This document shows positions 22,379-33,400 of a DNA stretch of 64,000 nt, piece by piece. The translations under genes were made by a program, and so were the position numbers. Positions within the stretch are counted from its first letter, which is position 1; every line of letters begins with the position of its first letter. The stretch is from the NCBI GenBank assembly GCA_965217585.1, contig OZ244561.1, positions 4,192,001 to 4,256,000 of the forward strand, read 5' to 3'. Below the pieces are notes generated by a model, which worked only from the letters and a program-made list of their open reading frames with translations, did not search any database and was not told where the DNA came from. The DNA is from Candidatus Latescibacterota bacterium. Its GTDB lineage: Bacteria > Latescibacterota > UBA2968 > UBA8231.

Positions 22379-25267
22379 TCAAAAGGCAAAGAGCGCGTCG
22401 AGGCTCAGTTCGACGATCTCGCCCTGCGCTGCTAGGGCCTCAAAGTCCATTTTGCTCTTGTCGCCTGTGATTGAGATCAGCTTGGGACGCCCCTGGACGT
22501 GCTGGCGGTAGAATTCAAGCACCTCGTCGAGGTCGCTGGCTTGGATTTGCTCAAAGCGCCAAGAGCGCGGGTCGCCGGCCAGTCCCTTGCGCTCCCAGCC
22601 ACGCACGGCCCCCAGCACCGAGCGGAACCCGAGTCGTTCAGTGCGGTACTTGTTGAGTACTGAAAGCTGTGCGGCGGTAAAGCGCTCGGGCGAGGAGGGA
22701 ATGTCGTCGAGCAGGCCGACGAAGGCCGCAACCGCTTCGGGCGTTTTGTCGGCTTGAGTGCCCATACCGCCGACCATGTAGTTGTAGTCGGCTTTGTCGC
22801 GACCGTTGAAGTAGAGGGCACCCACCGAGTAGGCCAAGGCCCGCGCTTCGCGGATCTCTTGGAATACGATGCCAGCCATGCCGCCGTAGAAGTAGTCGTT
22901 GAACAACTCGACTGCTGGCTCGAGCGCCGCTTGGTAGGGCACGTCCACGTATTCGATCCTCACTAGGGCTTGGGCCATTTCCTTGTTGAAGAAGTATATC
23001 TGGGTTTTTTCGGGCTGGGTAAATTCCAAAACCTGATAGGGCGGCGGCTCGACCGGAGACTCAGACAGCGGGTAGTGCTGGGCGAGGATGGCTTGTACGT
23101 CCTCGATGGGTTGCGATCCGGTGTAGCTGAGGGTCTGGCGATAGGAGAGCAAGCTGCTGAGTAGGTCGATAAGCTCTTCGCGGCCGAGAGCGCGAACTTC
23201 CTCGTTGGAGCGGACCCGGCGGTAGTACGCCATGTCGCCCAAGCGGTGGTAGCGGTAGAGAGCTTCGTGGATGGTGCGGTGATCCTTGAGCGCGTCGTCG
23301 CGCCGAGCGATGATGATGGACTGAAGCTCGGCGAGGGTGGCGTCGTCGGTGGTCGGGCCGTGCATCAGCTCGGACAACAAGGCGAGCGACGCAGCGAAGT
23401 TGTCGTCGAGACCAGCAATGGAAATCGTGGTCTCTTGGTCGCTGACGCTCATCCTAAAGTCGGTGCCTAACTTGTACCACTCCTTTTTCAGTTCTTCGGA
23501 GGTAAGGCGCGGGATGCCCGACTTGTCGAGCAGTTCGCGAGCCACGGGCAGGCGATTTTCGCTTAGGGAACCGATGTCGATTGAGATAGAAAATTCGAAG
23601 AGGTCGTTGAGCGGGTTGCGGGCGTAGTAGAGCTTGCTGCCGCCCACTAGCTCGCGGGTGGTAAAGTCGCGCTCGGGCACGAGGTAGGCTGGCTCGACCT
23701 CCGCAAAGGGCATGGCCATGACCTTTGCGGAAAAGGCCGATTGGCGCGAGGCATCGATGTCGATTTTGTCGATGGGCGGCTTGGCGATCTCGGGTATGTC
23801 CTGTTCGCCGTCGCGGCGGTAGCCGGCGACATGCGCTCCGTTGAAATACTTATTGGCGACTTTGACGATGTCTTGCTTCTCGATCTCGGCCATGCGGTCG
23901 AGGGCACGCACCGCGTGGCTCCATTCCTCAAACCCGAGATACGAATCGCGCATGGAGCTGACCCGAGAATTGTTGTTTTCCTGCCCCTGCTTTACGCTCT
24001 TCTTGAAATCGGTGACAATGGCCGGGATGATCCAATCCTCGAATTGCCCCTCCTTGATCAGGTCGATCTGCTCCAAGAGCAGGGCTTCGACTTCCTCAAG
24101 GGTCTGGTCCTGTTTGGGGATGCCCCACAAGTACTGGGCGCCGTAGTCGTTGAGTAGATAAGGGTAGGAGCCGGCTTCGCGCACCTTCTGCTGCTGATTG
24201 AGATTGAGGTTGATTAGGCCGGCCGTGGCGTTGTCGAGGATCATGTCGAGGATCTGCAGGGCCTCGGCGTCTCCGTGTGTGCGCTGCGCCGTGCGAAAAG
24301 CCAAAAGCACGTATTCCTCGCCGGGATAATCGACCTCGACCCGTTCCACTTCGTCGATTGCAGGCTCTTTGTACTCGGGGAATTGAGGCAGTTCCCTGCG
24401 CTCCCAGAGAGCAAATTCGCGGTCGATGAGCTGGATGGTCTCGTCGATGTCGATATCACCTGAAATGAAGATCGCCATGTTGTTGGGCACGTAATACGTG
24501 TGGTAAAACTCGTACATGCGCTCTAGCGAGGGGTTTTTCAAGTGCTCTACCGTGCCTAGCGTGGTGACGCGGTAGGGATGGACCTTGTAGAATTGCTCCT
24601 GCACGGCCTTGCGGATGACGCGGCCCTTGTTGTCGAGGGAGCGGTTTTTTTCCTCATAGACGGTTTCCAGTTCGGTTTGGAAGAGGCGGAAGACGGGATG
24701 GTGAAAGCGCTCGGCCTCGATCTTGGCCCATTGCGCTAGGCGATTGGCTGGCAGTTCCACCTTATAGACGGTTTCCTCGACCCAGGTGTGAGCGTTGAGG
24801 CCGCTTTCGCCCATCGCGGTGTAGAGGCGGTCTAGTTCATTGGGAATGGCGTAAGCGGCGGCGAGTTGATTTTCGGCGTTGATCTGTGCGTAGATTGCGG
24901 CCCTTTTTTTTGGGTTGGTCTCGCCAAAGTGCTGCTCGTAGAGCGCCTCGATGCGGTCGAGGTGGACCTGCTCCTTTTCGTAGTCGAGGGTGCCGATTTT
25001 TTTGCTGCCCTTGAAGAGCATGTGTTCCAGATAATGGGCAATGCCGGTGGCGTCTTGAGGGTCGTGTTTGGAGCCGGCGCGAACGGCGATTTCGGCGTAG
25101 AAGCGCGGTTCTTCTCTGTTTTGGGTCAGATATACCGTAAGGCCGTTGTCCAATTGGTAGATATGGGCCGCCATGGGATCTTTGGGGTCCGGGCCGTGGA
25201 GTAGGTTGTACTCGGCGGGAAGGGCCTCGGCCAAGACGAAAAAGAAAAGCGCGTACAGCAGGGGCAT
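22379..25267 (-). CDS. M16 (insulinase/pitrilysin) family zinc peptidase, exported
   Basis: GIAHYLEHMLFKG (HxxEH), LNAHT, VYEEKN; signal-like N-terminus from ATG 25267. Confidence 0.9.
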   Translation of the reverse strand: MPLLYALFFFVLAEALPAEYNLLHGPDPKDPMAAHIYQLDNGLTVYLTQNREEPRFYAEIAVRAGSKHDPQDATGIAHYLEHMLFKGSKKIGTLDYEKEQVHLDRIEALYEQHFGETNPKKRAAIYAQINAENQLAAAYAIPNELDRLYTAMGESGLNAHTWVEETVYKVELPANRLAQWAKIEAERFHHPVFRLFQTELETVYEEKNRSLDNKGRVIRKAVQEQFYKVHPYRVTTLGTVEHLKNPSLERMYEFYHTYYVPNNMAIFISGDIDIDETIQLIDREFALWERRELPQFPEYKEPAIDEVERVEVDYPGEEYVLLAFRTAQRTHGDAEALQILDMILDNATAGLINLNLNQQQKVREAGSYPYLLNDYGAQYLWGIPKQDQTLEEVEALLLEQIDLIKEGQFEDWIIPAIVTDFKKSVKQGQENNNSRVSSMRDSYLGFEEWSHAVRALDRMAEIEKQDIVKVANKYFNGAHVAGYRRDGEQDIPEIAKPPIDKIDIDASRQSAFSAKVMAMPFAEVEPAYLVPERDFTTRELVGGSKLYYARNPLNDLFEFSISIDIGSLSENRLPVARELLDKSGIPRLTSEELKKEWYKLGTDFRMSVSDQETTISIAGLDDNFAASLALLSELMHGPTTDDATLAELQSIIIARRDDALKDHRTIHEALYRYHRLGDMAYYRRVRSNEEVRALGREELIDLLSSLLSYRQTLSYTGSQPIEDVQAILAQHYPLSESPVEPPPYQVLEFTQPEKTQIYFFNKEMAQALVRIEYVDVPYQAALEPAVELFNDYFYGGMAGIVFQEIREARALAYSVGALYFNGRDKADYNYMVGGMGTQADKTPEAVAAFVGLLDDIPSSPERFTAAQLSVLNKYRTERLGFRSVLGAVRGWERKGLAGDPRSWRFEQIQASDLDEVLEFYRQHVQGRPKLISITGDKSKMDFEALAAQGEIVELSLDALFAF

Positions 25268-25452
25268 AATCGATCCTTTGTTCGGGTGTGGATTGTGCAA
25301 CGGGATCATCGGAAATACGAAAAAGGGGTGAACTATGGCAAGTCCGCAAGAAAGCCTGTAGAGCGCTGGCTTGGCACGTTTTTTTCTTTGTTGTACACGA
25401 CGCAGTGCAGAGGCCCCGTGGTGTGGTCCTTGGGTAACGAGAAGCGGGCAAA

Positions 25453-26121
25453 ATGGAAACACTACAGACGTGGGGTCGTGCCCTGTTGGACTTTGCCTAT
25501 CCGCCGCACTGCGCGGTTTGCGAAGCGGACATCGAGGCCGCTGCGCTGCTGTGCGGGTCGTGCTGGGCGGAGATTGTGCCGCGCCGTCCGCGTCCTCACG
25601 CCGAGGACGGAGGACGTGCGTTTGAAAAGGTCGTCTCCCTCGGGCCGTTCACCGGCGTGCTGCAACAGGCCATTTACGCGCTTAAATTTCGCAACCAAGT
25701 GCGGCTAGGAAGGGCATTGGGCCAGTGCATGGGGCAGTGCTTGGCAGAGCAACTCGCCCCGCTGGACTGCTTATTGCCCGTGCCTTTGCACCCAGCTCGG
25801 CTGCGGGAGCGCGGGTACAATCAGAGTGCGGAAATTGCCGCCGGGTTGGGGGCCGTGCTCGGCGTGCCCGTGTGCCACGGGGTCGTGCGTCGGCGGAGAA
25901 ATACTCGGCAGCAAGCCCTCTTGTCGGCGGAGGAACGCCGCGCCAATCTTCGCGGTGCCTTTGCGCTCGTGGGCGCGCCGCCCGCAAGCGCTCGGATCGG
26001 GATAGTAGATGACGTGTGGACGACCGGAGAGACCATGGCTGCTTGTGCCCAAGCCGTGGGGGGCGACCGCCTGTGGGCCGTTGTATTGGCGCGCTCGGGC
26101 GCGGGCGATCTATTGACCTAA
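25453..26121 (+). CDS. comF: ComF family protein
   Basis: CAVC..CGSC zinc ribbon, PVPLH..R..ERGYNQ, PRT loop IVDDVWTTG. Confidence 0.88.
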   Translation: METLQTWGRALLDFAYPPHCAVCEADIEAAALLCGSCWAEIVPRRPRPHAEDGGRAFEKVVSLGPFTGVLQQAIYALKFRNQVRLGRALGQCMGQCLAEQLAPLDCLLPVPLHPARLRERGYNQSAEIAAGLGAVLGVPVCHGVVRRRRNTRQQALLSAEERRANLRGAFALVGAPPASARIGIVDDVWTTGETMAACAQAVGGDRLWAVVLARSGAGDLLT

Positions 26122-26210
26122 TTCTAATAAGTTCCTACATTTAGACCCTTTTGAAATCCCCCATACTCCAAGCTATACTCAGAGTTGGCCGCGAACCAAG
26201 GAGTCCGAAT

Positions 26211-27263
26211 ATGGCCGAAAAGACGATCGGCATATTGACCGGAGGAGGCGACTGTCCGGGTCTTAACGCCGTCATTCGCGCTGTGGTGCGCAAGGGCATC
26301 ACTGGATACCGATACCGCTTTCGCGGCATCCTCAAGGGCTGGAAAGGGATGATGGAATGCGACTGGGAGCCTTTGGGTCTGGAGGAGATTTCCGGCATCT
26401 TGCCCAAGGGCGGCACCATCCTCGGTACGTCGCGCACCAACCCGTTCAAAGAGGAAGACGGCGGCGAAATCGTCGTCGATAATATGCGGCGGATGAAGTT
26501 GGGTGCGCTCGTGGCCATCGGCGGCGAGGACACGCTGGGGGTGGCCAACAAGCTAGCGAGCATGAGCGTGCCGGTCGTAGGTGTGCCCAAGACCATCGAC
26601 AATGACCTGAACGGCACGGACTATACTTTTGGTTTTGACACCGCGGTCAATATCGTCACCGAGGCCATCGACCGGATCCACACCACGGCCGAATCCCACA
26701 ACCGAGTGATGGTCATCGAGGTTATGGGGCGGCACAGCGGTTGGATCGCCCTCCACGCTGGCTTGGCCGGTGGCGCGGACATGATCCTCATCCCCGAGCA
26801 GAAATACACCATCCAAGAAATCGTCAGCACCATCCGCAAGCGACACGAGCGCGGCAAGGACTTTTCGATCGTGGTAGTCGCCGAGGGAGCGCAACTAGTT
26901 TCCGAGGAGGGCGGGGAGGACGAATACGTGGTCTCCAAGGGGGGGCTCGACGAGTTCGGCCACGTCAAGCTAGGCGGCATCGGCCAACTCGTCGCCCACG
27001 CAGTCGAGGAGGCAACGAGCTACGAGACGCGGGTTACTGTGCTGGGGCACCTGCAGCGTGGGGGGACGCCCACGGCCTTTGACCGCGTCTTGGGCACGCG
27101 CTTTGGTATTGCCGCCATCGACTTGGTTCACGCAGACGACTTCGGCAAGATGGTGAGTCTGCAAGGCAATGAAATCGTGGCGATTCCGCTCGCCGAGGCG
27201 GTCAATCAGCTCAAGCTCGTGGACCAAGAGCTATACGACCTAGCCACGGTATTCTTCGGTTGA
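26211..27263 (+). CDS. pfkA: 6-phosphofructokinase, group III, probably PPi-dependent
   Basis: LTGGGDCPGLN, GGTILGTSR, GGEDT, PKTIDND, EVMGR, LGHLQRGG. Confidence 0.93.
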   Translation: MAEKTIGILTGGGDCPGLNAVIRAVVRKGITGYRYRFRGILKGWKGMMECDWEPLGLEEISGILPKGGTILGTSRTNPFKEEDGGEIVVDNMRRMKLGALVAIGGEDTLGVANKLASMSVPVVGVPKTIDNDLNGTDYTFGFDTAVNIVTEAIDRIHTTAESHNRVMVIEVMGRHSGWIALHAGLAGGADMILIPEQKYTIQEIVSTIRKRHERGKDFSIVVVAEGAQLVSEEGGEDEYVVSKGGLDEFGHVKLGGIGQLVAHAVEEATSYETRVTVLGHLQRGGTPTAFDRVLGTRFGIAAIDLVHADDFGKMVSLQGNEIVAIPLAEAVNQLKLVDQELYDLATVFFG

Positions 27264-27267
27264 TTTT

Positions 27268-28470
27268 ATGGCCAAGCGCACCATCAGGGATTTCGATGTC
27301 GCTGGCAAGCGGGTCCTCGTGCGAGTGGATTTCAACGTGCCACTCGCCGAGGCTGGCCGGATCGTCGACGACACGCGGATTCGCGCAGCTCTGCCAACGG
27401 TCGAGCACTTATTGGCGCAGGGTGCGTCCATAATTCTGATGTCGCACTTGGGCCGCCCCCGTGGCCGACGAGTACCCGCGCTGTCGCTGGCCCCGATAGC
27501 CGAGCGCCTGAGCCAGTTGTTGGGCCGCGCAGTGGGCATGGCTCCAGACTGCGTGGGTGCCGAGGTTGCAGCTCAAGCCGCTGCCTTGCAGCCGGGGCAG
27601 GTCCTACTCTTAGAGAATGTGCGCTTCCACCCGGAAGAGGAGCAAAACGAGCGGACTTTTGCGCAGCACTTGGCCGAACTAGGCGATGCGTACGTCAACG
27701 ACGCTTTTGGGGCGGCGCACCGGGCCCACGCCTCGACCGAGGGAGTGCCGCGCTGTATGGGCGCGGGGGCCAGCGGCCTGTTGATGGAGCGGGAAATTTC
27801 CTATCTCGACGAGACTCTGCGCCGTCCGCAGCGGCCATTTACCGCCATTTTGGGCGGGGCCAAAATATCGGGTAAGATCGAGCTGATTGAGCACTTGCTC
27901 GACCGAGTGGATGTCCTGCTCATCGGCGGCGGCATGGCCTATACCTTTTTCAAGGCCATGGGGTTGGAGATCGGAGATTCGCTGCTCGAAGAGGACCGCC
28001 TAGATACGGCCCGACAACTATTGACCCGAGTCGAAAATGGCGGGTTGGATCTCCAGCTTCCTGCGGATTGCGTGGTCGCCGACCGCTTTGCCGCCGACGC
28101 TCAGGCGCAAGTGGTCGCCCGCGACGCCATACCACGCGGTTGGCAGGGCATGGACATCGGCCCCCAGACCAGAAAGTGCTACGCCGACCAGATCGCCCGG
28201 GGAGGCACCATAGTGTGGAACGGCCCCCTCGGAGTCTGCGAGATGGTGCCCTTTGCCCAGGGGACCCAACAGGTCGCCCAAGCCCTAGCTGTCGCTACCC
28301 GCGCGGGTGCCTTGAGCATTATTGGCGGTGGAGACACGGCCGCGGCTATAGCCCAGGCCGGATTGGCCCCAGCGATGACCCACATCTCCACAGGCGGTGG
28401 GGCGTCCTTGGAGTGCATGAGCGGACGGGTCTTGCCCGGAGTGGCGGCCTTGGATGAAGAGGAAAGCTGA
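27268..28470 (+). CDS. pgk: phosphoglycerate kinase
   Basis: RVDFNVP, SHLGRP, NDAFGAAHR, GGAKISGK, STGGGASLE. Confidence 0.97.
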   Translation: MAKRTIRDFDVAGKRVLVRVDFNVPLAEAGRIVDDTRIRAALPTVEHLLAQGASIILMSHLGRPRGRRVPALSLAPIAERLSQLLGRAVGMAPDCVGAEVAAQAAALQPGQVLLLENVRFHPEEEQNERTFAQHLAELGDAYVNDAFGAAHRAHASTEGVPRCMGAGASGLLMEREISYLDETLRRPQRPFTAILGGAKISGKIELIEHLLDRVDVLLIGGGMAYTFFKAMGLEIGDSLLEEDRLDTARQLLTRVENGGLDLQLPADCVVADRFAADAQAQVVARDAIPRGWQGMDIGPQTRKCYADQIARGGTIVWNGPLGVCEMVPFAQGTQQVAQALAVATRAGALSIIGGGDTAAAIAQAGLAPAMTHISTGGGASLECMSGRVLPGVAALDEEES

Positions 28471-28471
28471 A

Positions 28472-29223
28472 ATGCGCCGACCCATTGTCGCTGGCAACTG
28501 GAAGATGCACAAGACCGCTGCTGAGGCCGTCGAGCTGGTCGAAGGGATCAAGCCGCTCGTCGCGGGGCTCGACGTAGAAGTCGTCGTCTGCCCGCCCTTC
28601 ACCTGCTTGGAACCCGTGCGCACGGCCCTTGCCGACAGCGCCATTGGGCTGGGGGGCCAGAACATGCACTGGGAGCGGCAGGGAGCTTTTACCGGAGAAA
28701 TATCCTCCGACATGCTCTTGGCGGCGGGTTGCTCTTATGTGTTGCTAGGGCACTCCGAGAGAAGACAGTTTGCGGCGAGGACGACTCGCAGGTCAACCGC
28801 AAGCTAGCCTGCGCCCTCCGAGCCGGCCTGTGCCCGATCGCCTGCGTCGGCGAGACCCTGCAAGAGCGCGAAGCCAACCGAATTGAGGAGGTCGTCCTCG
28901 GCCAAGTCGGCGGTGCGCTCGCCGGGATTGAGGCGAGCGCAGCCAGGGCGGTACTGTGGGCGTACGAGCCGGTTTGGGCTATTGGCACTGGCGTGACGGC
29001 GACGGCCGCGCAAGCCGAAGAGGTACATGCGATGATCCGCCACTTCCTCGCTGAGCACTTGGGAAAAGCAGCCGACGACGAGGTGCGCATCCAGTACGGC
29101 GGCAGCGTCAAGCCCGAAAACGCAGCCGAGCTCTTTGCTCAAGACAACATCGACGGGGGCTTGATCGGCGGCGCCGCGCTGGACGCCGGACATTTTGCCG
29201 CTATTGTGAAAGCCGCCCTTTAA
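28472..29223 (+). pseudogene. tpiA: triosephosphate isomerase split by a 1-nt frameshift (real lesion or sequence error)
   Basis: AGNWK...GHSERR in one frame; GEDD..VNRK...YEPVWAIGTG...YGGSV in another; junction near TTT 28769-28771. Confidence 0.88.
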
Positions 29224-29238
29224 CCTTAAATTTATCTC

Positions 29239-29310
29239 AATTACGAATTGCGAATTGGGGCGGCTGCGGCAGTCATTCGTAATTCGTAATTCCTAATTCT
29301 TAATTCCTAA
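29239..29310. repeat. heptamer tandem repeats arranged as an inverted pair
   Basis: AATTACG AATTGCG AATT, spacer, then ATTCGT AATTCGT AATTCCT AATTCTT AATTCCT AA. Confidence 0.8.
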
Positions 29311-29318
29311 GAAAGACT

Positions 29319-29708
29319 ATGTTTGAGATTCTATTTACGATTTTTCATGTGCTGATTTGCTTGCTCCTAGTCGTGACCGTGCTCTTGCAGGCGGGCAAGG
29401 GGGGCGGCTTGGCCGGATCGATCGGCGGTGGCTTAGCCTCTTCCTCGGTGTTGGGCGGCCGCACCGCAGCCACGTTTCTGACCAAGGCCACGACCATTCT
29501 GGCCACGGCTTTTATGCTTAGCTGTTTGGTGCAGTCGGTGGCCTTTCAGACGGCCGAGACCACTCCGACGACGGCGACGCAACGGACGATGTCCGAGGAA
29601 CAGGTGCCAGCGGTGCCTGATATCCCGGAAGCAGAGCACCTGCTGGGCGAGGAGGAAAAGTCGGCCGAGGCCGAAACCGCTGAGGAGCCACCGGCCGAAG
29701 CTCAGTAG
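29319..29708 (+). CDS. secG: preprotein translocase subunit SecG
   Basis: VLLQAGKGGGL, FLTKAT; tpiA-secG-tRNA-Leu synteny. Confidence 0.93.
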   Translation: MFEILFTIFHVLICLLLVVTVLLQAGKGGGLAGSIGGGLASSSVLGGRTAATFLTKATTILATAFMLSCLVQSVAFQTAETTPTTATQRTMSEEQVPAVPDIPEAEHLLGEEEKSAEAETAEEPPAEAQ

Positions 29709-29728
29709 CAGGCCAGCCTAGTTTTTGA

Positions 29729-29813
29729 GCCGAAGTGGTGAAATTGGTAGACACGCTGTCTTGAGGGGGCAGTGCCTTCGGGCGTCGGGGTTCGAATCCC
29801 CGCTTCGGCACCA
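29729..29813 (+). tRNA. tRNA-Leu (GAG)
   Basis: GCCGAAGTGGTGAAATTGGTAGACAC...TTGAGGG, long variable arm, GGTTCGAATCC...CTTCGGCACCA. Confidence 0.95.
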
Positions 29814-29829
29814 TACTGTGTAAGTTAGC

Positions 29830-29862
29830 AAAGGGACTGTACAATCGCACAGTCCCTTTTTT
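29830..29862. terminator. bidirectional intrinsic terminator
   Basis: AAAGGGACTGT-loop-ACAGTCCCTTTTTT between convergent genes. Confidence 0.8.
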
Positions 29863-29880
29863 ATATGCGCGGCGCGGGCG

Positions 29881-30129
29881 CTAGCGGAGTGGAATGGCCT
29901 CGTCGAGGAGCAGGATGGGGATTTCGTCCTGTATCGGATAGAGGTACGCGCCATCTGCGCGCACCAGCCCGCCGTCAATTTTGCCTTCGATGGTCTTGCC
30001 AGCCCGATTTTTGACTTCCCCGCGCGCGATGCGGCTGTTGAGCTCGGCGATGAGTTCTTCCTCGGCGAGAGCGACCGGCTCTTTAGTCTCGGGACAGGCG
30101 AGAATCGCCAACAGTTCTTTGTCGATCAT
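29881..30129 (-). CDS. Trm112 family protein
   Basis: LLAILACP...YPIQDEIPILLLDEA. Confidence 0.85.
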   Translation of the reverse strand: MIDKELLAILACPETKEPVALAEEELIAELNSRIARGEVKNRAGKTIEGKIDGGLVRADGAYLYPIQDEIPILLLDEAIPLR

Positions 30130-30301
30130 TTAGATATATCTCCTTGAAAAAGATCAAAGATAGACCGATCTGCTGCCAGCGACAAGTTCGCGGTGCGGGC
30201 GGATCTGGGCCGTTTTGTCAGCGGCGTGCAACAAATTTCTCTTGTATCATAAATAAAACAATAATAACATGTTATGAAAAAATAGCCCCTTCTGTAGGCC
30301 A

Positions 30302-30330
30302 TTGACATCCCCTTTTGAATTGGCTATGTT
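30302..30330 (+). promoter_or_regulatory. sigma70 promoter upstream of dnaE
   Basis: TTGACA-N17-TATGTT in an AT-rich intergenic region. Confidence 0.6.
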
Positions 30331-30435
30331 TCACCCGAGGCGATGCCCTTCCCCAGGCAGTTTGGCCAGTCGTTCGGCCGTGCTCTCTAAGTGTCCAGAG
30401 ATTTTTCCTAGCGCATACAGGTAGCGGAGGTGGTC

Positions 30436-33400
30436 ATGGCTTCGGCTGATTTCGTCCATTTACACGGTCACAGCGAATACAGTCTGCTCGATGGAGGGTG
30501 CCGGATTAGCGAGATGGCCGAGTTGGCGGCCGAGCAGGGGATGCCTGCCTTAGCTCTCACAGATCACGGCAACCTCTTCGGCGTCATCGAGCACTACAAG
30601 ACCTGCCAAGCCGCTGGCATTAAGCCCATCATCGGCTGCGAGGTCTATGTGGCGATTGATAGCCGCCACTTGCGCCAGGCCGCTCGCGGCCTAACCCACG
30701 CCTCCAACCACCTGATTTTGCTGGCCAAAGACGCCACCGGCTACCGCAATCTGACCAAGCTCGTCTCCAAGGGCTATCTCGAAGGTTACTACTACAATCC
30801 CCGCATAGACAAGGAGCTTTTGCGCGAACACGCCGAGGGCCTAATCTGCATGTCGGCCTGCATCGGCGGCGAGATTCCGCATCTGATCCAGCGCGAGGGA
30901 TTGGCCGCAGCCGAAAAGGTCGCCCGCGAGTTTATGGACATCTTTGGCGACGACTACTACTTGGAGATCCAGCGCCACGACATCGACCCCGAAGCCAAGG
31001 TGAACGACGGCCTGCTCAAGCTGCACCGCAAGCTCGGAGTGCCGCTGGTGGCCACCAACGACTTCCACTTCCTCGGTGCCACCGACCACGCGGCCCACGA
31101 TGCTCTTATCTGCATCCAGACCGGCAAGACTGTTGACGAGAAAAATCGCCTGTGCTATCCCGACGGACTCTACATGAAGAGTCCCGAAGAGATGCAGTCG
31201 CTGTTTGCGGATTTGCCAGACGCGCTGGAGCGGACCCTCGAAATTGCCGACAAGTGCAACGTCGAGCTCGAGTTCGGGAAAACCTATATGCCGGATTTTC
31301 CGATCCCGGCTGGCTACGCTTCCAGCGACGACTATCTGACGCAACTGGCGCAGGAGGGTTTGGAGCGGCGCTACGGCACCGTCGATCCGGCCGTGCAAGA
31401 GCGGCTCGACTACGAGCTAAGCGTCATCACCAGTCAGGATTTTTCCGGCTATTTCCTCATCGTCTGGGACCTTGTCAACTACGCCCGTAATCAGGGCATT
31501 TCCGTGGGGCCGGGCCGCGGCTCGGCCGCTGGCTGCTTGGCTTCGTATTGTCTCGGCATTACCAATATAGATCCCATCAAATACGATCTGATCTTCGAGC
31601 GCTTCCTTAATCCCGAGCGCATTGAGCCGCCCGATATCGACATTGACTTTGACGATACCCGGCGCGACGAGGTGCTGCGCTATGTGGTGGATAAGTACGG
31701 CAAGGACAACGTCTCACAGGTCATCACGTTTGGGACTATGGGGGCTAAAGCGGTGGTGCGCGATGTCGGGCGGGTTTTGGGCATGCCCTTTGGCGAGGTC
31801 GATCGCATCGCCAAGCAGGTGCCGACCGAACTGAAGATTACCCTCGACAAGGCCATCGAGCGGGTGCCCGAGCTGCAGCAGGTGGCCCAAGCGCCCGGCG
31901 ACGAAGGCAAGCTGATCGAATACGCCCGCAAGCTGGAGGGCATGGCGCGTCACGCCTCGGTCCACGCCTGCGCTGTCATCATCGCTCCCGGTGAACTGAC
32001 CGACTACGTGCCGCTCTATCGCGCCCCCAAAGACGGGAGGATAACCACCCAGTTCGTCGGCGAGACCTGCATGGACATCGGCTTGCTGAAGATTGACATC
32101 TTGGGCTTGACGGCGCTATCGCTGGTCGATGAGGCCGTGCGGCTGATTCAACTCAAGGAGCCGGACTTTGATTTGGAAGTCATTCCGTGGGACGACCGGG
32201 CCACTTTCGACTTGTTCGGCCGCGGCGAGACGATTGGCGTTTTCCAGTTTGAATCCGCGGGGATGCGCGAATATCTGAGCAAGTTCAAGCCGGACACCAT
32301 CGAAGACATTATCGCCATGAACGCCCTCTACCGCCCAGGGCCGATGGACAAGATCCCGACCTTCATCGCCCGCAAGCACGGCGAAGAGGCCGTTGCGTAC
32401 GACCACCCCAAGTTAGAGTCGATTTTGGAGCCAACCTATGGGGTTATGGTCTATCAGGAGCAGGTCATGCGCATTGCCCAAGAGTTGGCCGGTTTCACCC
32501 TCGGCCAAGCCGATATTTTGCGCAAGGCAATGGGTAAGAAAAAGCCCGAGGAAATGGCCAAGGTCAAAAAAGACTTCGTCGTCGGCTGCGTCGCACACGA
32601 GGTGGAAAGGACATTGGCCAACAAGCTGTTCGGCGAGATCGAGATTTTTGCCGGCTATGGCTTCAACAAGGCGCACGCGGCCTGCTATGCCGAAGGCGCG
32701 TACAAAAACGCGTATCTCAAGACCCATTACCCCCAAGAATACATGGCCGCCAGCCTGACCATTGAGCGCAACAATACCGATCGGCTGACCGTCTTGCTCG
32801 ACGATTGCCGCCGCATGGACATCCGAGTCCTGCCGCCGGACATCAACCAGAGCACGCTCAACTTCACGCCGACGGACGAGGGCATTCGCTACGGCTTAGC
32901 GGCAATCAAGAACGTCGGCGAGGGCGCGGCGCAGAGCGTGGTCGATACGCGGATTGCCGACGGTCCTTTTACCACCCTCTTTGAGTTCTGCGAGCGCATC
33001 GACCTGCGCGCCGTCAACCGACGCGTGGTCGAGAGCCTGATTGCTGCTGGGGCATTGGACAGCCTCGAAGGCCACCGCGCCCAAAAGATGGAAGCCCTCG
33101 AATCGGCGTTCAAAGCCGCGAGTAAGGCCCAGGAAGCCCGCGAGAAGGGGCAGATCAGCCTCTTCGACGGCGGCGGCTCGTCCGAGTTGGAACGCTGGGA
33201 CTTACCCGAGGTCGCGGAGTGGTCCGAGCGCGAGAAGCTGGCCAAGGAACGCGACCTATTGGGCTTCTATATCTCCAGCCATCCGCTCAAGCCCTACGCC
33301 CGCGACCTAAAAAACTTCGCTCGACCCCTAAGCGAGATAGACGGGCAGCACAACGGTGCGCCGCTGCGGGTCGGCGGTCTAGTCGAGGAGGTGCGCAAGC

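Noticed and set aside
25268-25462. N-terminal extensions from the ORF track (M16 peptidase; also 16499-16675, 22136-22234, 42576-42656)
   Set aside because: Non-protein-like sequence; downstream ATGs fit RBS or signal-peptide positions better
28755-28810. Programmed ribosomal frameshift in tpiA
   Set aside because: No canonical slippery heptamer; a single-base loss explains it more simply
29239-29310. CRISPR array
   Set aside because: 7-bp units without spacers; no cas genes
22253-29813. Prophage or ICE integrated at tRNA-Met or tRNA-Leu
   Set aside because: No integrase, phage genes or duplicated tRNA 3' end seen
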